Below, piece after piece: positions 38,779-49,650 of a stretch of 64,000 nt of DNA. Each line of letters opens with the position of its first letter. Position 1 is the first letter of the stretch. Below the pieces are notes generated by a model. That model saw only the letters and a list, made by a program, of their open reading frames with translations, made no database searches and was not told the origin of the DNA. The position numbers and the translations under genes were made by a program. The DNA comes from an uncultured Mesoterricola sp. (GTDB taxonomy: Bacteria > Acidobacteriota > Holophagae > Holophagales > Holophagaceae): assembly GCA_964627225.1 (NCBI GenBank), contig CAZVHQ010000007.1:47165-111164 (forward strand), given 5' to 3'.

Positions 38779-39708
38779 TCAGGGCTTGCGGGCCCGGGGA
38801 TGAGCGGATTCGTATGTCCGGGCCAATTGTTCCAGGTCCAGATGAGTATAACGCTGGGTGGTGCTGAGGCTGGCGTGGCCCAGCAGTTCCTGGATCGCCC
38901 GCAGGTCCATGCCGCGGCTCAGCAGGTGGGTGGCGAAGCTGTGGCGCAGGGCGTGCGGGCTGATCCGGTTGCGCAGGGCCGCCCGGTCCAGGGCGCCGGC
39001 CAGGAAGGTGCGCACGCTGGTGGGGGTGAGCCGGCCGCCGCGCTGGTTCAGGAACAGCGCCGGAGTGGGCGGCAACTGCTTCTCCGCGATGAAGGCGCGC
39101 CGGTGCGCGAGATAGCCCTTGAGCACCTCCGCGGCCCTTTCGTGGAACGGCACCAGCCGCTCCTTCCGGCCCTTGCCCAGCACCCGCAGCGTGCGCTGTT
39201 CCATGAGCAGATCCTGGAGGTCCAGCCCGGTCAGCTCGGAGACCCGCAACCCGGCCGCGTAGAGCAGCTCCAGCATGCAGTCCAGGCGCGCGGTGAGGAA
39301 GTCGGTGGCCGGCAGGTCCAGCAGCGCCGCACTTTCGCCCTCGGTCAGGAAGGCCGGCAGGCGCTGGGGCAGCTTGGGATTGCGCAGGCCCGAGGCCGGG
39401 TTGACGTTGATCCGCTGGGTCTCGAACAGCCACCGGTAGAAGCCGCGCACGGTGGAAAGGATCCGGGCCTGGCTGGCCGGGTCCAGGCCCCGCTCCCCCA
39501 GTTCCAGGGCGAACCGGCGCAGGGTCCTGGGCGGCACCTCCCAGGCGCCCCAGGACTGGCCCGCGGCATGGGCCAGGAGCTTGGCCAGATCGCCGTCCTG
39601 GGCCCGGAGGGTATGCGGCGACACGCCCCGCGCCCGCTGCTCCAGGCGGAACGCCGCAACTGCTTCCGCCAGGCTTTGGGGGTTGCCGGAATTATCCATG
39701 GACGACAT
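38779..39708 (-). CDS. xerC: tyrosine recombinase XerC-like
   Basis: GLRVSEL, GKGRKER, HALRHSFATH, LLGHASLSTTQRY; housekeeping context. Confidence 0.88.
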   Translation of the reverse strand: MSSMDNSGNPQSLAEAVAAFRLEQRARGVSPHTLRAQDGDLAKLLAHAAGQSWGAWEVPPRTLRRFALELGERGLDPASQARILSTVRGFYRWLFETQRINVNPASGLRNPKLPQRLPAFLTEGESAALLDLPATDFLTARLDCMLELLYAAGLRVSELTGLDLQDLLMEQRTLRVLGKGRKERLVPFHERAAEVLKGYLAHRRAFIAEKQLPPTPALFLNQRGGRLTPTSVRTFLAGALDRAALRNRISPHALRHSFATHLLSRGMDLRAIQELLGHASLSTTQRYTHLDLEQLARTYESAHPRARKP

Positions 39709-39727
39709 ACTTCCTTTCCCTGCTACG

Positions 39728-41581
39728 ATGCCACCGACGCGCGATCATTGGAGCCATTTCTTGGTCGAAACCATCCCGGATCTTTTTTATGAAGGCATCG
39801 CACGCGACCTGCCCGTGGCCTTGGCCAAACGGGCGGGAGGCGGCTTCAGCCCGATCTCCCACCGCGAACTCCAGGCCATGGTGGAGCGCCTGGTGCTGGC
39901 CCTTGAGCGGCACGGCCTGGAGCGCGGCGACCGCCTGGCCATCCTGTCGGAGAACCGCCCGGAATGGGCCGTGGCCGACTATGCCTGCGCGCTTTCGGGC
40001 CTGGTGTCGGTGCCCATCTACGCCACCTTGAACCCGCCCCAGACCGGCTTCATCCTCAAGCACTCCCGGGCCCGGTGGGTGGTGTGCTCCAACCCGGACC
40101 AGCTGGCCAAGGTGCTGGGCCTGTGGCCGGAGCTGCCGTACCTCGACGCGGCGGTGCTCGTGGAAGGTCCCCTGCCCGAGGACCAGGACCGCCCGGTGTT
40201 CACCTGGGAGGCCCTGCTGGCGGAAGGATCGCTGCGCGAGGCGCAGCGCCCGGAAGTGCGGGAGCGGGCCCGGCTGGCGGCGCCGGCGGACCTGCTGACC
40301 ATCATCTATACTTCCGGCACCACCGGGGACCCCAAGGGCGCCATGCTCAGCCACGGCAACATCGTCTCCAACGTGATGGCCGGCCTGAAGGTGCTCCAGC
40401 CCATCCCGGGGGAGCGGCTGCTGAGCATCCTGCCCCTCTCGCACATCTTCGAACGCACCTGCGGCCACTACACCATGTTCTACGCCGGGGTCGGCATCTA
40501 TTACGCCGAAAGCCTGCAGACCATCCCCCGGGACCTCCAGGAGGTCCGGCCGGAGGTGCTGCTGGCGGTGCCCCGGATCTACGAGAAGAGCTACGCCCGG
40601 GTCCGCGAGCAGGTGGCCGCCGGCGGCTACCTGAGCCGGGTGGTGTTCCACCTGGCCATGCGGGTGGGCCGGCGGATCGTGCCGTACCGCTACCAGGCGC
40701 GGCAACCCGGCTGGTGCCTCCGGCTGGCCATGAAGGTGTTCGACCTGCTGGTGTTCAGCAAGGCCCGCGCCCGTTTCGGCGGCCGGGTCCGGCTGGCGGC
40801 CTGCGGCGGCGCCCCGATCCACCCCACCATCCTGGAATTCTTCTGGGCGGCCGGCATCCCCATCTTCGAGGGCTACGGGCTCACCGAGACCAGCCCGATC
40901 CTCACCCTCTGCGCCCAGGGCGAGATGCGTCCGGGCTACGTGGGCCGCCCGATCATGGACCAGTGGAACGGCGCGCCGTTCCTGGCCCTCGCCGACGACG
41001 GCGAGATCCTGTGCCGGGGTCCCAACGTGATGCTGGGCTACTGGGAGAACCCCAGGGCCACCCGGGAGGCCATCGACGGGCAGGGCTATTTCCACACCGG
41101 CGACATCGGCGAAATGGACGTCCAGGGCCGGCTGAAGATCACCGACCGCAAGAAGGAGATCCTGGTGACCTCCGGCGGCAAGAACGTCGCCCCCCAGCCC
41201 CTGGAGAACGCCCTGCGGGGCGACAAGTACATCGAGCAGGCCGTGGTGATCGGCGACCGCCGGCACTTCATCGCCGCCCTGCTGGTGCCGAACTTCTCCG
41301 AACTGCGCCGCTGGGCCCAGCACAGGAAGCTCAGCTTCATCACCGACGCCGAACTGGTGGCGTTGCCCGAGGCCGTGGACAAGCTGATGCGCCAGGTCCA
41401 GCGGGTCAATGCGCACTTCTCCAACTATGAGAGCATCAAGAAGATCATCGTCCTGGACCGGGAGCTCACCGCCGACAGCGGGCTGTTGACGCCTTCCCTC
41501 AAGATCCGCCGCCGGGCCGTGGACGAAGCGTTCGCCGCGCGCATCAACAAGCTCTACGACGGGCCGGTCTCAGGCAGCTGA
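39728..41581 (+). CDS. long-chain fatty acid-CoA ligase (AMP-dependent synthetase)
   Basis: YTSGTTGDPKG, GYGLTET, FHTGDIG, DRKKE..GGKNVAP; start uncertain. Confidence 0.9.
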   Translation: MPPTRDHWSHFLVETIPDLFYEGIARDLPVALAKRAGGGFSPISHRELQAMVERLVLALERHGLERGDRLAILSENRPEWAVADYACALSGLVSVPIYATLNPPQTGFILKHSRARWVVCSNPDQLAKVLGLWPELPYLDAAVLVEGPLPEDQDRPVFTWEALLAEGSLREAQRPEVRERARLAAPADLLTIIYTSGTTGDPKGAMLSHGNIVSNVMAGLKVLQPIPGERLLSILPLSHIFERTCGHYTMFYAGVGIYYAESLQTIPRDLQEVRPEVLLAVPRIYEKSYARVREQVAAGGYLSRVVFHLAMRVGRRIVPYRYQARQPGWCLRLAMKVFDLLVFSKARARFGGRVRLAACGGAPIHPTILEFFWAAGIPIFEGYGLTETSPILTLCAQGEMRPGYVGRPIMDQWNGAPFLALADDGEILCRGPNVMLGYWENPRATREAIDGQGYFHTGDIGEMDVQGRLKITDRKKEILVTSGGKNVAPQPLENALRGDKYIEQAVVIGDRRHFIAALLVPNFSELRRWAQHRKLSFITDAELVALPEAVDKLMRQVQRVNAHFSNYESIKKIIVLDRELTADSGLLTPSLKIRRRAVDEAFAARINKLYDGPVSGS

Positions 41582-41781
41582 AATGCCCCAGGGCGGGTCG
41601 CCCGGGCCGGACCAGGTCCGCCTTCCGGGCCTGGCGCGATCTAAGATAATTTATTTTTAATATAAATAAAAACATTTTTCAAGGCCACAAGGCCCATGAA
41701 ATAAAAAGCGTTATTCAAATCTAACAAGGTTAATATGGAAAAAGTCAACCAAGATTTTCATAGCCCTGGCGCCCTTCATCG

Positions 41782-44289
41782 ATGGCAGCAGAAACCCCTC
41801 TCCACCAACCGGACTGGCTCGATATCCATCAACCGAGCGTGGGCCGCTATATCCTCGGACCGATCCTGGGCCTGGGCGGCGCCGGCGAGGTGCGCGAAGC
41901 CTGGGACGTGGTGCTCTGCCGGACCGTGGCCCTGAAGGTGCTCCGGAAGATGGAGCCGGTGGGCCTGATCCGGTTCATGCACGAGGCCCAGATCCAGAGC
42001 CGGATCGTCCATCCCAACATCTGCCGGATCTACGACGTGGACAACTCCGGCGGGGTGCCCAAGATCGCCATGCAGCTGGTGCGCGGCCCCACCCTGGCCC
42101 AGATCGCCCCCCAGCTGACCGTCCGGGAGATCGTGATCATCCTGGCCCAGGTGGCCGAAGCCATCCATGCCGCCCACCGCCTGAAGCTGGTGCACCGCGA
42201 CCTCAAGCCTTCCAACATCCTCCTGGAGCGCGGCCCCAGCGACATCTGGACCCCCTTCGTCTGCGATTTCGGCCTGGCCATGGCGCTTGATGAACCCTCC
42301 ATCACCCTCGGCCCAGGCCTGATCGGCACCCCGGCGTTCATGGCGCCCGAGCAGATCCTGGGCGACCGGCGCCTGGTGGGGCCGGCCACTGACGTCTTCG
42401 CCCTGGGCGCGACCCTCCATTACGCCCTGTTCGGCGACGCCCCGCCACCCGGCGCCCTCAAGCTCAAGCGGCCGGACTCGGCCGCGGCCCCCCTGCCCGC
42501 GGATCTGGAGACCATCCTGCGCAAGGCCCTGGAGCAGGAGCCCAGCCAGCGCTACGGTTCGGCCATGGCCCTGGCCGAGGACCTGTGGCTGTTCGCCGCC
42601 GGTTCGCCCATCCATGCCCGCCGCGTGGGCACCCTGGAGCAGGCCTGGCGCCAGTTGCGGCGCTACCACATGTTCGCCCTGGTCCTGGTGCTGGCCGGCG
42701 GCGGCGTCCTCGCCGGACGGCTGGTGGAGATGAACCGGCTGACCCGGGCCCACACCGCCCAGGCGCAGGCGACGGCCTTCTTCATGCTCGAGGCGGCCGA
42801 TCTGGAAAAGGAGATGCGCCTGGAACGGATGATGCCGGTCCACGACCTGCGGCCCGTATTGGCCCGGATTCAGCTCCGGATGGCCGGCATCCGGGCGCGC
42901 ATGCGCACCCTGCAACCCAAGGCCCAGGGGCCGGGGCATTATGCCCTGGGCCGGGCCCATATCATGATGGAGGACTACCCCGCGGCCCGTCAGGAGCTGG
43001 AACAAGCCTGGGCCCAAGGTTTCCACACAGCCGACTGCGCCTGGCTGCTGGCCCGTAGCCTGGTGGCGGCCGACTATGTGGCCAACAACAACGCCATCTT
43101 CTATACCGGGCTGCCGGCGCCGGAAGGCGCCGCGTTGAGCCAGCGCGCCCAGGCGCTGTTCCAGCTCGGCAAGGGCGCCGAGGGCAGCACGCCCGAGTAC
43201 GGCGATGCCATGATCGCCTTCCTCCGCAAGGACTACCGCAGGGCGGCAGCCAGCGCCCACGCCGCGTTCATCGCCCGGCCCTGGATGTACGAAGCCGCCG
43301 TCGTGGAATCCATGTCCCTGGGCGGCTTGGGCCGGATGCAGTTCGATTCGGGCGACCTCCGGGGCGCGGAGGCGAGTTACCGGGCCGCCATGGCCGCCGC
43401 CCAGCAGTTCATCACCATCGGCCATTCCGACCCGCTCTCCTACCACGCCTACTTCCTCGCCGCCCAAAGCCTCTCGGCATCCCAGGCATTCCGCGGCAAA
43501 CTGCCGCTGGACGCCATCGACGACCAGATCGCCCGCTGCGAGCGGGCCCTCACCCTGGACCCCCGGCTGCCGGAGCTGCAGGACGACTGGCTGCTGCTTT
43601 GCCTCCTGAAGGCCAGCCAGCTCCGAAACCTGGGCCGGGACACCGGCCCGCAGCTGGACGCCGCCCTGGCGTTCCTGGGCACCTGGGGCCGGGAACCGCT
43701 GCCGGTGCAATTCCGCGCGGACCGGATGCTGCTGCATCTGCGCCTGGCGGAGCGGAGCATGCGCCGGAACGAGGATCCGCGGACCGACCTGGATGAGGCG
43801 ATGCACGACCTGGGCCACACCTGTTCCTTCCGCTACCGGGATTTCCTGGGAGACGTGCTGAACTTCAAGGCCCGGTTCGAGGTGAAGCAGGGCTTCGACC
43901 CCAGGCCGACCCTGGCGGATGCCCTGGACCGGATGCAGCCGCTGCTCGAGCGGGGCGCCAGCTGGACCCTGTGCGAGACCGCCGCCGAGTCCTGGCAGAT
44001 CCTGGCGGCCTGGGAAGCCGGCCACGGATTGGACCCCCGGAACAGCCTCCAGCATTGCCAGGCCATGGTCGATCTGGGCCTGCACATCCATGGCCGCTCC
44101 CATTCGGGCCATGCCCTGAAAGGACTGACCGAGGTGCTCGAGGCGCAGCTCCACCCCAGGGAGGGCCCGGCCCTTCTGGCCCAGGCCCAGAACGAACTGC
44201 ATCTGGCCCAGACCCTGGGGCCGGGGGGGCGGCTGGCCACCCTGTTGCAGCAATCCCTGGACAGCCAAAGGGCCGTTGCGAAAAATTAA
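41782..44289 (+). CDS. membrane Ser/Thr protein kinase (Hanks type) with TPR-like C-terminal region, paralog 1
   Basis: GLGGAGEV, VALK, HRDLKPSN, DFG, GTPAFMAPE; TM FALVLVLAGGGVLAG. Confidence 0.92.
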   Translation: MAAETPLHQPDWLDIHQPSVGRYILGPILGLGGAGEVREAWDVVLCRTVALKVLRKMEPVGLIRFMHEAQIQSRIVHPNICRIYDVDNSGGVPKIAMQLVRGPTLAQIAPQLTVREIVIILAQVAEAIHAAHRLKLVHRDLKPSNILLERGPSDIWTPFVCDFGLAMALDEPSITLGPGLIGTPAFMAPEQILGDRRLVGPATDVFALGATLHYALFGDAPPPGALKLKRPDSAAAPLPADLETILRKALEQEPSQRYGSAMALAEDLWLFAAGSPIHARRVGTLEQAWRQLRRYHMFALVLVLAGGGVLAGRLVEMNRLTRAHTAQAQATAFFMLEAADLEKEMRLERMMPVHDLRPVLARIQLRMAGIRARMRTLQPKAQGPGHYALGRAHIMMEDYPAARQELEQAWAQGFHTADCAWLLARSLVAADYVANNNAIFYTGLPAPEGAALSQRAQALFQLGKGAEGSTPEYGDAMIAFLRKDYRRAAASAHAAFIARPWMYEAAVVESMSLGGLGRMQFDSGDLRGAEASYRAAMAAAQQFITIGHSDPLSYHAYFLAAQSLSASQAFRGKLPLDAIDDQIARCERALTLDPRLPELQDDWLLLCLLKASQLRNLGRDTGPQLDAALAFLGTWGREPLPVQFRADRMLLHLRLAERSMRRNEDPRTDLDEAMHDLGHTCSFRYRDFLGDVLNFKARFEVKQGFDPRPTLADALDRMQPLLERGASWTLCETAAESWQILAAWEAGHGLDPRNSLQHCQAMVDLGLHIHGRSHSGHALKGLTEVLEAQLHPREGPALLAQAQNELHLAQTLGPGGRLATLLQQSLDSQRAVAKN

Positions 44290-44325
44290 AACATACTATA
44301 ATTGTTATATATTTAATTCGGTCCC

Positions 44326-46638
44326 ATGTCCACCAACGAGCATCACCTGCAACCCGAGTGGCTAGACGCCCACAGTCCGAGGCAGGGGCGCTACGTGCTG
44401 GGGCCGCCCCTGGGCCGGGGCGGCACCGGCGAAGTCCAGGAAGCCTGGGATGTGGTGCTGTGCCGTACCGTCGCCTTGAAGGTGCTGAAAAAGATGGACC
44501 CGGGCAGCCTGCTCCGGTTCATGCACGAAGCCCGGCTGCACAGCCGGCTGGTACATCCCAACATCTGCCAGATCTACGACGTGGACAGCACCGAGTGCTC
44601 GCCCAGGATCGCCATGCAGCTGGTGCGCGGGCCGACCCTGGCCGAGGCCGCCGGCAGTTTGACGGTGGAGGAGATCGTGCAGATCCTGGCCCAGGTTGCC
44701 GACGCCGTCCACGCCGCCCACCGCCTGAAGCTGATCCACCGGGACCTCAAGCCGTCCAACATCCTCCTGGAGCGGAACCCCGAAGGCATCTGGTTCCCCT
44801 ATGTCTGCGATTTCGGCCTGGCCATGGAGCTGGACCAGCCCGCCTTGACCGCCCCCCTGCGGGTGAACGGGACCCCCGCCTACATGGCGCCCGAACAACA
44901 GTGCGGCGAGCGCGGCCGGATCGGCCCGGCCACCGACGTGTTCGCCCTGGGCGGCACCCTGCACTTCGCCCTCCATGGCCAGCCGCCCCAAGGCCCGGCC
45001 ATCCAGGGCGGCCCAACCCCGGGAGCGCCCCGGACCGTGCCCAGGGAGCTGGAACATATCGCCCGCAAGTGCATGGAGCCCGACCCCGGGCTGCGCTACC
45101 CATCGTCCGCCGCCCTGGCCGAAGAGCTCTGCCGGTTCCGCAACGGCGAGCCCATCCAGGCCGGCCCGGGAGGCCTGCTGGAGCGCCGCTGGCGCCGCTG
45201 GCGCGGGGCCTGCAAGCGCGCCGGCGCCGTTGCCCTGGCCTGCGCCATGGCCGGCGGCGCGTTCGCGCTGGCCGAGCGCCGCCAGGCCGCCGCGGCCCGG
45301 CGGCGCTCGGGCTGGGAGCGCGGCTTCGTGCTGGAGGCCGCGGCCATGGAGCGCGACCTGAGCCTGGAAAAGATGCTGCCCGTGCACGACCTGAGGCCCG
45401 CCTACGCCCAGCTCCGCTCCAGGCTGCAGGCGCTCCAGGAGCGGCTGGCGGCGCTGGGTCCGGAAGCCCAGGGAGCCGGACACTATGCGCTGGCCCAGGG
45501 CCGGTTCCTGCTGGGCGATTGGCCGGGGGCGCGGCTGGAGCTGGAACGGGCCGGGGCCTCGGGGTTCCGCGGGCCGGAACTGGCCGGCCTGCTCGCCCAG
45601 ACCCTGGCGGCCGGCCAGGACCGGAAGGAAAAGGCCGCCCAGTTCCAGGGCACGGCGGTCGCCGCCCCGGCCGGCCAGGTGGCGGACCTGGTCCGACAGA
45701 ACCCCGCTTCGGGCGACTATGGCGAAGCCATGGTGGCCTACTTGAGCAAGGACTACGCCCGGGCCTTCGAACTGGCCCGGGCGGCGGGCCGGGCCCAGCC
45801 CTGGCAGAGCGCCGCGGACGCCCTGGCCGCCCAGAGCCTCACCGCCCTCGGCCGGCAGGGCATCGACCGGGACGATTTCCTGCTGGCCGAAGCGCGCTTC
45901 GGCACCGCCATGGAAGTGGCCCGGGACCGCCTCCAGCGCGACCCGAGCGACGAATCCATGCACCATGCCTACCTGCTGGCCGCCTGCGGCCTGGCCTCGC
46001 TCCGGCTGGAACGGGGCCGGCTGGCCGCCGCCTTCCTGGCGCGCCTCCGGCAGGACAGCGAAACGGCCTTGCGCCTGAACCCAGGCAACCCGGAGCTCCA
46101 GGACGACCGTCTGGCGGTCGGCATCCTGCAAGCCCGGCGTCTGGCGCAACGGGGGGCCGACCCCGGCCCGGAGTTGGACGCCGCCCTCCGGTTCATGGCC
46201 GCCTGGACCCGCGAGCCGCTCGACGCCGAGCTGCGCGCGGACCGGATGCTGATCCACTGGCTGCGGGCGGAACGGGCCTTCAGCCAGGGCCGGGATCCGG
46301 AACCGGCCCTGGCCCAGGCCCTGCTGGACCCGGGCCATACCCCCTTCCTGGGCCGGGACTACCTGGGCGCCGTGCTGAACTTCAAGGCCCAGGTGGAAGC
46401 CGCCCGGGGCCGGGATCCCAGGCCGACCCTGGATCAGGCCATGGCCGGGCTGGAACCCCTGCTGGGCCAGGGCGCCCCCGGTTTCCTCTGCGCGACCGCC
46501 GCGCAGTCCTGGCTCATCCGGGGCCGCTGGGAAGCCGCCCACGGCCTGGACGCCAGCCCGAGCCTGCGGCGCGCCCGGGAACTCGCCGAACGCGGCCGGG
46601 GCCGGCGGCCGAGAAATCTGGTTGCATTCCTTGAATAA
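44326..46638 (+). CDS. membrane Ser/Thr protein kinase with TPR-like C-terminal region, paralog 2
   Basis: GRGGTGEV, VALK, HRDLKPSN, DFG, GTPAYMAPE; colinear with paralog 1. Confidence 0.92.
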   Translation: MSTNEHHLQPEWLDAHSPRQGRYVLGPPLGRGGTGEVQEAWDVVLCRTVALKVLKKMDPGSLLRFMHEARLHSRLVHPNICQIYDVDSTECSPRIAMQLVRGPTLAEAAGSLTVEEIVQILAQVADAVHAAHRLKLIHRDLKPSNILLERNPEGIWFPYVCDFGLAMELDQPALTAPLRVNGTPAYMAPEQQCGERGRIGPATDVFALGGTLHFALHGQPPQGPAIQGGPTPGAPRTVPRELEHIARKCMEPDPGLRYPSSAALAEELCRFRNGEPIQAGPGGLLERRWRRWRGACKRAGAVALACAMAGGAFALAERRQAAAARRRSGWERGFVLEAAAMERDLSLEKMLPVHDLRPAYAQLRSRLQALQERLAALGPEAQGAGHYALAQGRFLLGDWPGARLELERAGASGFRGPELAGLLAQTLAAGQDRKEKAAQFQGTAVAAPAGQVADLVRQNPASGDYGEAMVAYLSKDYARAFELARAAGRAQPWQSAADALAAQSLTALGRQGIDRDDFLLAEARFGTAMEVARDRLQRDPSDESMHHAYLLAACGLASLRLERGRLAAAFLARLRQDSETALRLNPGNPELQDDRLAVGILQARRLAQRGADPGPELDAALRFMAAWTREPLDAELRADRMLIHWLRAERAFSQGRDPEPALAQALLDPGHTPFLGRDYLGAVLNFKAQVEAARGRDPRPTLDQAMAGLEPLLGQGAPGFLCATAAQSWLIRGRWEAAHGLDASPSLRRARELAERGRGRRPRNLVAFLE

Positions 46639-46728
46639 TGGCGGATGGCGCCTAAGTGCCTTTCCCGCTAGTCCCATCATCGCTCCTGTGCGACAATTCC
46701 ATTGCATCAGAGCGAGACAAGGGACCCC

Positions 46729-47295
46729 ATGACTGGAAATTCCGACAAAGCCCCCAAGAAGGTAAAAGAAAAAAAACAAACCCCACAGGAACGTCTCGAA
46801 GCCATGCGCTACAACCATATGATGTATGGCCCAACCGAAGGGGAATTGAAGCTAAATCCGAAAAAAGTGGATTTTGGCGCCTCATTCCTAAAGCACGCCA
46901 AATTCCAAAGCCTGATGACCTCCTTTAAAAACGGAACCGCCTTTAAATTTGACATCACTGCCAATGGCAAGATTTCCACCATCGATACCGATGGCTCGCA
47001 CATCTCCTTCGACGGCAAGGTGCTCTTCTACGCCCGCGCCTTGAACAAGTACGAGGACAACCTGCTGCTCGAACGCGGCACGGCGGTTCAACTCCAATCC
47101 AACGACGCGGTGGTCCACCTGGTGTTCGCCGTGTTGCGCAGCCTGCCGGAGCTTGGCGAGCCGCAATTTTCCTATCTGCACCACAAGTTCTACCACGGCA
47201 ACGGCAGCCTGGAAACCAGCTCGACCGAGCAAGGATCCAATCTATTGATTGGGCCTTATAAACATAATAAAACCCACGAAAAAATCAAGTACTGA
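46729..47295 (+). CDS. hypothetical protein, lower GC
   Basis: 188-aa ORF with AAGGGA RBS-like sequence; family not recognised. Confidence 0.6.
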   Translation: MTGNSDKAPKKVKEKKQTPQERLEAMRYNHMMYGPTEGELKLNPKKVDFGASFLKHAKFQSLMTSFKNGTAFKFDITANGKISTIDTDGSHISFDGKVLFYARALNKYEDNLLLERGTAVQLQSNDAVVHLVFAVLRSLPELGEPQFSYLHHKFYHGNGSLETSSTEQGSNLLIGPYKHNKTHEKIKY

Positions 47296-47361
47296 CCGGC
47301 GCGGAGCGTCCAGCGCATCTTTTCCCACTGCACGGGTGGCAGAGCGGCGAAACTAGCCCCC

Positions 47362-47550
47362 GTGAAAAATCATCTCTTGCGCATCCTCGGGGCTGGTTTC
47401 GGCCTGGCGGTGATCCTCGGCGCGACCGTCGGAGGGGAGATCCTGCGGCTGCCCGGAGCCGTGGCGGCGCTGCTGCCCAGGTTTGGGGATGGCCACGGCG
47501 ATCGGCAGCTCCAGGCATTGACCCATTTAGCACGCGCTTGCCTTCCATGA
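47362..47550 (+). pseudogene. APC-family amino acid permease 5' fragment
   Basis: LLRILGAGFGLAVILGATVGGEILRLPGAVAALL matches APC TM1, then truncates. Confidence 0.65.
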
Positions 47551-47759
47551 CCAGCCTGGCGGCTTCGGCGGCCAGCCCGGCCATGCGGATGGCGCCCAGC
47601 CAGGTCTGTTCCGCGGACGAAACGCCATGAAGCGGTTTTTTTCCAGGAATATTCCTTGAAATACACCCGATCATCGGGCCTACAATACCCTTCCGATCGA
47701 CCAAGCAGCAGACTCGCTGCTTGGCGCAACCAGCCACCAAACCACCAATGGAGGGACCC

Positions 47760-49286
47760 ATGGGCAAAGTCTTCGAAGCTCCCGGCAAGCCTGGCAGTAT
47801 CGTCACCGTCAAAAGCCGCTACGGCAACTTCATCGGAGGCGACTGGGTCGCTCCAGTGAAGGGTCACTACATGGCCAACGTCAGCCCGGTCAACGGCAAG
47901 CCCTTCTGCGAGGTGGCCAAGTCGACCGCCGAGGACGTGGAACTCGCCCTCGACGCCGCCCACGCGGCCAAGGACGCCTGGGGCGAGACCTCGCTCGCCG
48001 GACGGGCTGCGGTCCTCAACCGCATCGCCGACACCATCGAAGCCAACCTGGAAATGCTGGCCGTGGCCGAAACCTGGGAGAACGGCAAGCCGGTGCGGGA
48101 AACGTTGGCCGCCGACATCCCCTTGGCCGTCGACCATTTCCGCTACTTCGCCGGCGCAACCCGCTCGCTGGAGGGCACCTCCACCGAGATCGACAAGGAC
48201 ACCATCGCCTACCACTTCCACGAGCCGCTCGGCGTGGTGGGACAGATCATCCCGTTCAACTTCCCTCTGCTCATGGCCGCCTGGAAAATCGCTCCGGCCC
48301 TGGCCGCGGGCAACTGCACCGTGCTCAAGCCGGCCACCCCGACGCCCTGGTCGATCCTCAAGCTGGCCGAGCTCCTCGTCGGCGTGGTGCCGCCCGGCGT
48401 CATCAACGTCATCACCGGTCCGGGCGCCGAGATCGGCAAAGCGCTGGCGACCAGCCCGCGCATCGGCAAGATCGGCTTCACCGGCGAGACCACCACTGGC
48501 CGGCTGATCATGCAGTACGCCGCCCAGAACCTCATCCCGTCCACCACGGAACTCGGCGGCAAGTCGCCCAACATCTTCTTCGCCGACGTGATGGACAAGG
48601 ACGACGCCTTCCTCGACAAGGCGATCGAGGGCCTGGTGCTGTACGCCTTCAACAAGGGCGAGGTGTGCACCTGCCCGTCGCGCGCGCTCATCCAGGAATC
48701 GATTTACGACAAATTCATGGGCCGTTGCCTTGACCGGATCCGCAAGATCACCCAGGGCAACCCGCTCGACACCGCCACCATGCTCGGGCCGCAGGTTTCG
48801 GTCCAGCAGCTCGAAAAGATCATGTCGTATGTCGATATCGGAGCCCAGGAGGGGGCCGAGTGCCTCATCGGCGGCAAGCGGAACATCCTGAAAGGGGAGC
48901 TCGCCGAGGGCTACTACTTCGAGCCGACGGTGCTCAAGGGCCACAATAAGATGCGCGTCTTCCAGGAGGAGATCTTCGGCCCCGTGCTGGCGGTGACCAC
49001 CTTCAAGGACGAGGCCGAGGCACTGGCCATCGCCAATGACACCCTTTACGGCCTCGGCGCCGGGGTGTGGACACGCAATGGCAATCTCGCGTACCGGATG
49101 GGCCGGGCGATCAAGGCCGGTCGGGTGTGGACCAACTGCTACCACCTCTACCCGGCGGGCGCGGCCTTTGGCGGCTACAAGATCTCCGGCGTCGGGCGCG
49201 AGAACCATCAGATGATGCTCGAGCACTACACCCAGGTGAAGAACCTGCTCGTCAGCTACAGTCCCGAACCGCTCGGGTTCTTCTGA
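47760..49286 (+). CDS. NAD-dependent aldehyde dehydrogenase (AldB/ExaC type)
   Basis: [41 protein letters not shown]. Confidence 0.95.
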   Translation: MGKVFEAPGKPGSIVTVKSRYGNFIGGDWVAPVKGHYMANVSPVNGKPFCEVAKSTAEDVELALDAAHAAKDAWGETSLAGRAAVLNRIADTIEANLEMLAVAETWENGKPVRETLAADIPLAVDHFRYFAGATRSLEGTSTEIDKDTIAYHFHEPLGVVGQIIPFNFPLLMAAWKIAPALAAGNCTVLKPATPTPWSILKLAELLVGVVPPGVINVITGPGAEIGKALATSPRIGKIGFTGETTTGRLIMQYAAQNLIPSTTELGGKSPNIFFADVMDKDDAFLDKAIEGLVLYAFNKGEVCTCPSRALIQESIYDKFMGRCLDRIRKITQGNPLDTATMLGPQVSVQQLEKIMSYVDIGAQEGAECLIGGKRNILKGELAEGYYFEPTVLKGHNKMRVFQEEIFGPVLAVTTFKDEAEALAIANDTLYGLGAGVWTRNGNLAYRMGRAIKAGRVWTNCYHLYPAGAAFGGYKISGVGRENHQMMLEHYTQVKNLLVSYSPEPLGFF

Positions 49287-49299
49287 TTGGAGTTGGAGT

Positions 49300-49650
49300 A
49301 TGGACGCGCCCTTCACGGAACCCGCGGTAACCGCCACCCCGGCAGCGCTTGAGGCGATCGCCAATCTGGTGGCCGAGAGAGGCGCGGTCATGTTCTACCA
49401 GTCGGGGGGCTGCTGCGATGGCAGCCTCCCGATTTGCTTCGACGACGGGGAGTTCATCCTCGGCGACCATGACGTCCTGCTGGGTGAGGTTGGCGGCTGC
49501 CGGTTCTACATCGACCCCCGTCAATACGAGGTATGGAAGCACACTCAGCTCATCCTCGACCTCGGCGAGGGAGAGCCCGAAGGGTTTTCCCTCGCGGCCA
49601 GCGAAGGCAAGCACTTCATCACCCGATCGCGGGTGTGTACCAGGCCGTGA
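49300..49650 (+). CDS. DUF779 family protein
   Basis: MFYQSGGCCDGSLPIC..WKHTQLILD..GFSL..FITRSR; usual partner of AldB-type dehydrogenases. Confidence 0.9.
   Translation: MDAPFTEPAVTATPAALEAIANLVAERGAVMFYQSGGCCDGSLPICFDDGEFILGDHDVLLGEVGGCRFYIDPRQYEVWKHTQLILDLGEGEPEGFSLAASEGKHFITRSRVCTRP

Noticed and set aside
38779..39708. Tyrosine recombinase as the integrase of the ubiA-linked islets
   Set aside because: Size, motifs and operon context (tex, lepB, ppx) fit housekeeping XerC; it is ~19 kb from the att repeats, and the att core does not look like a dif site.
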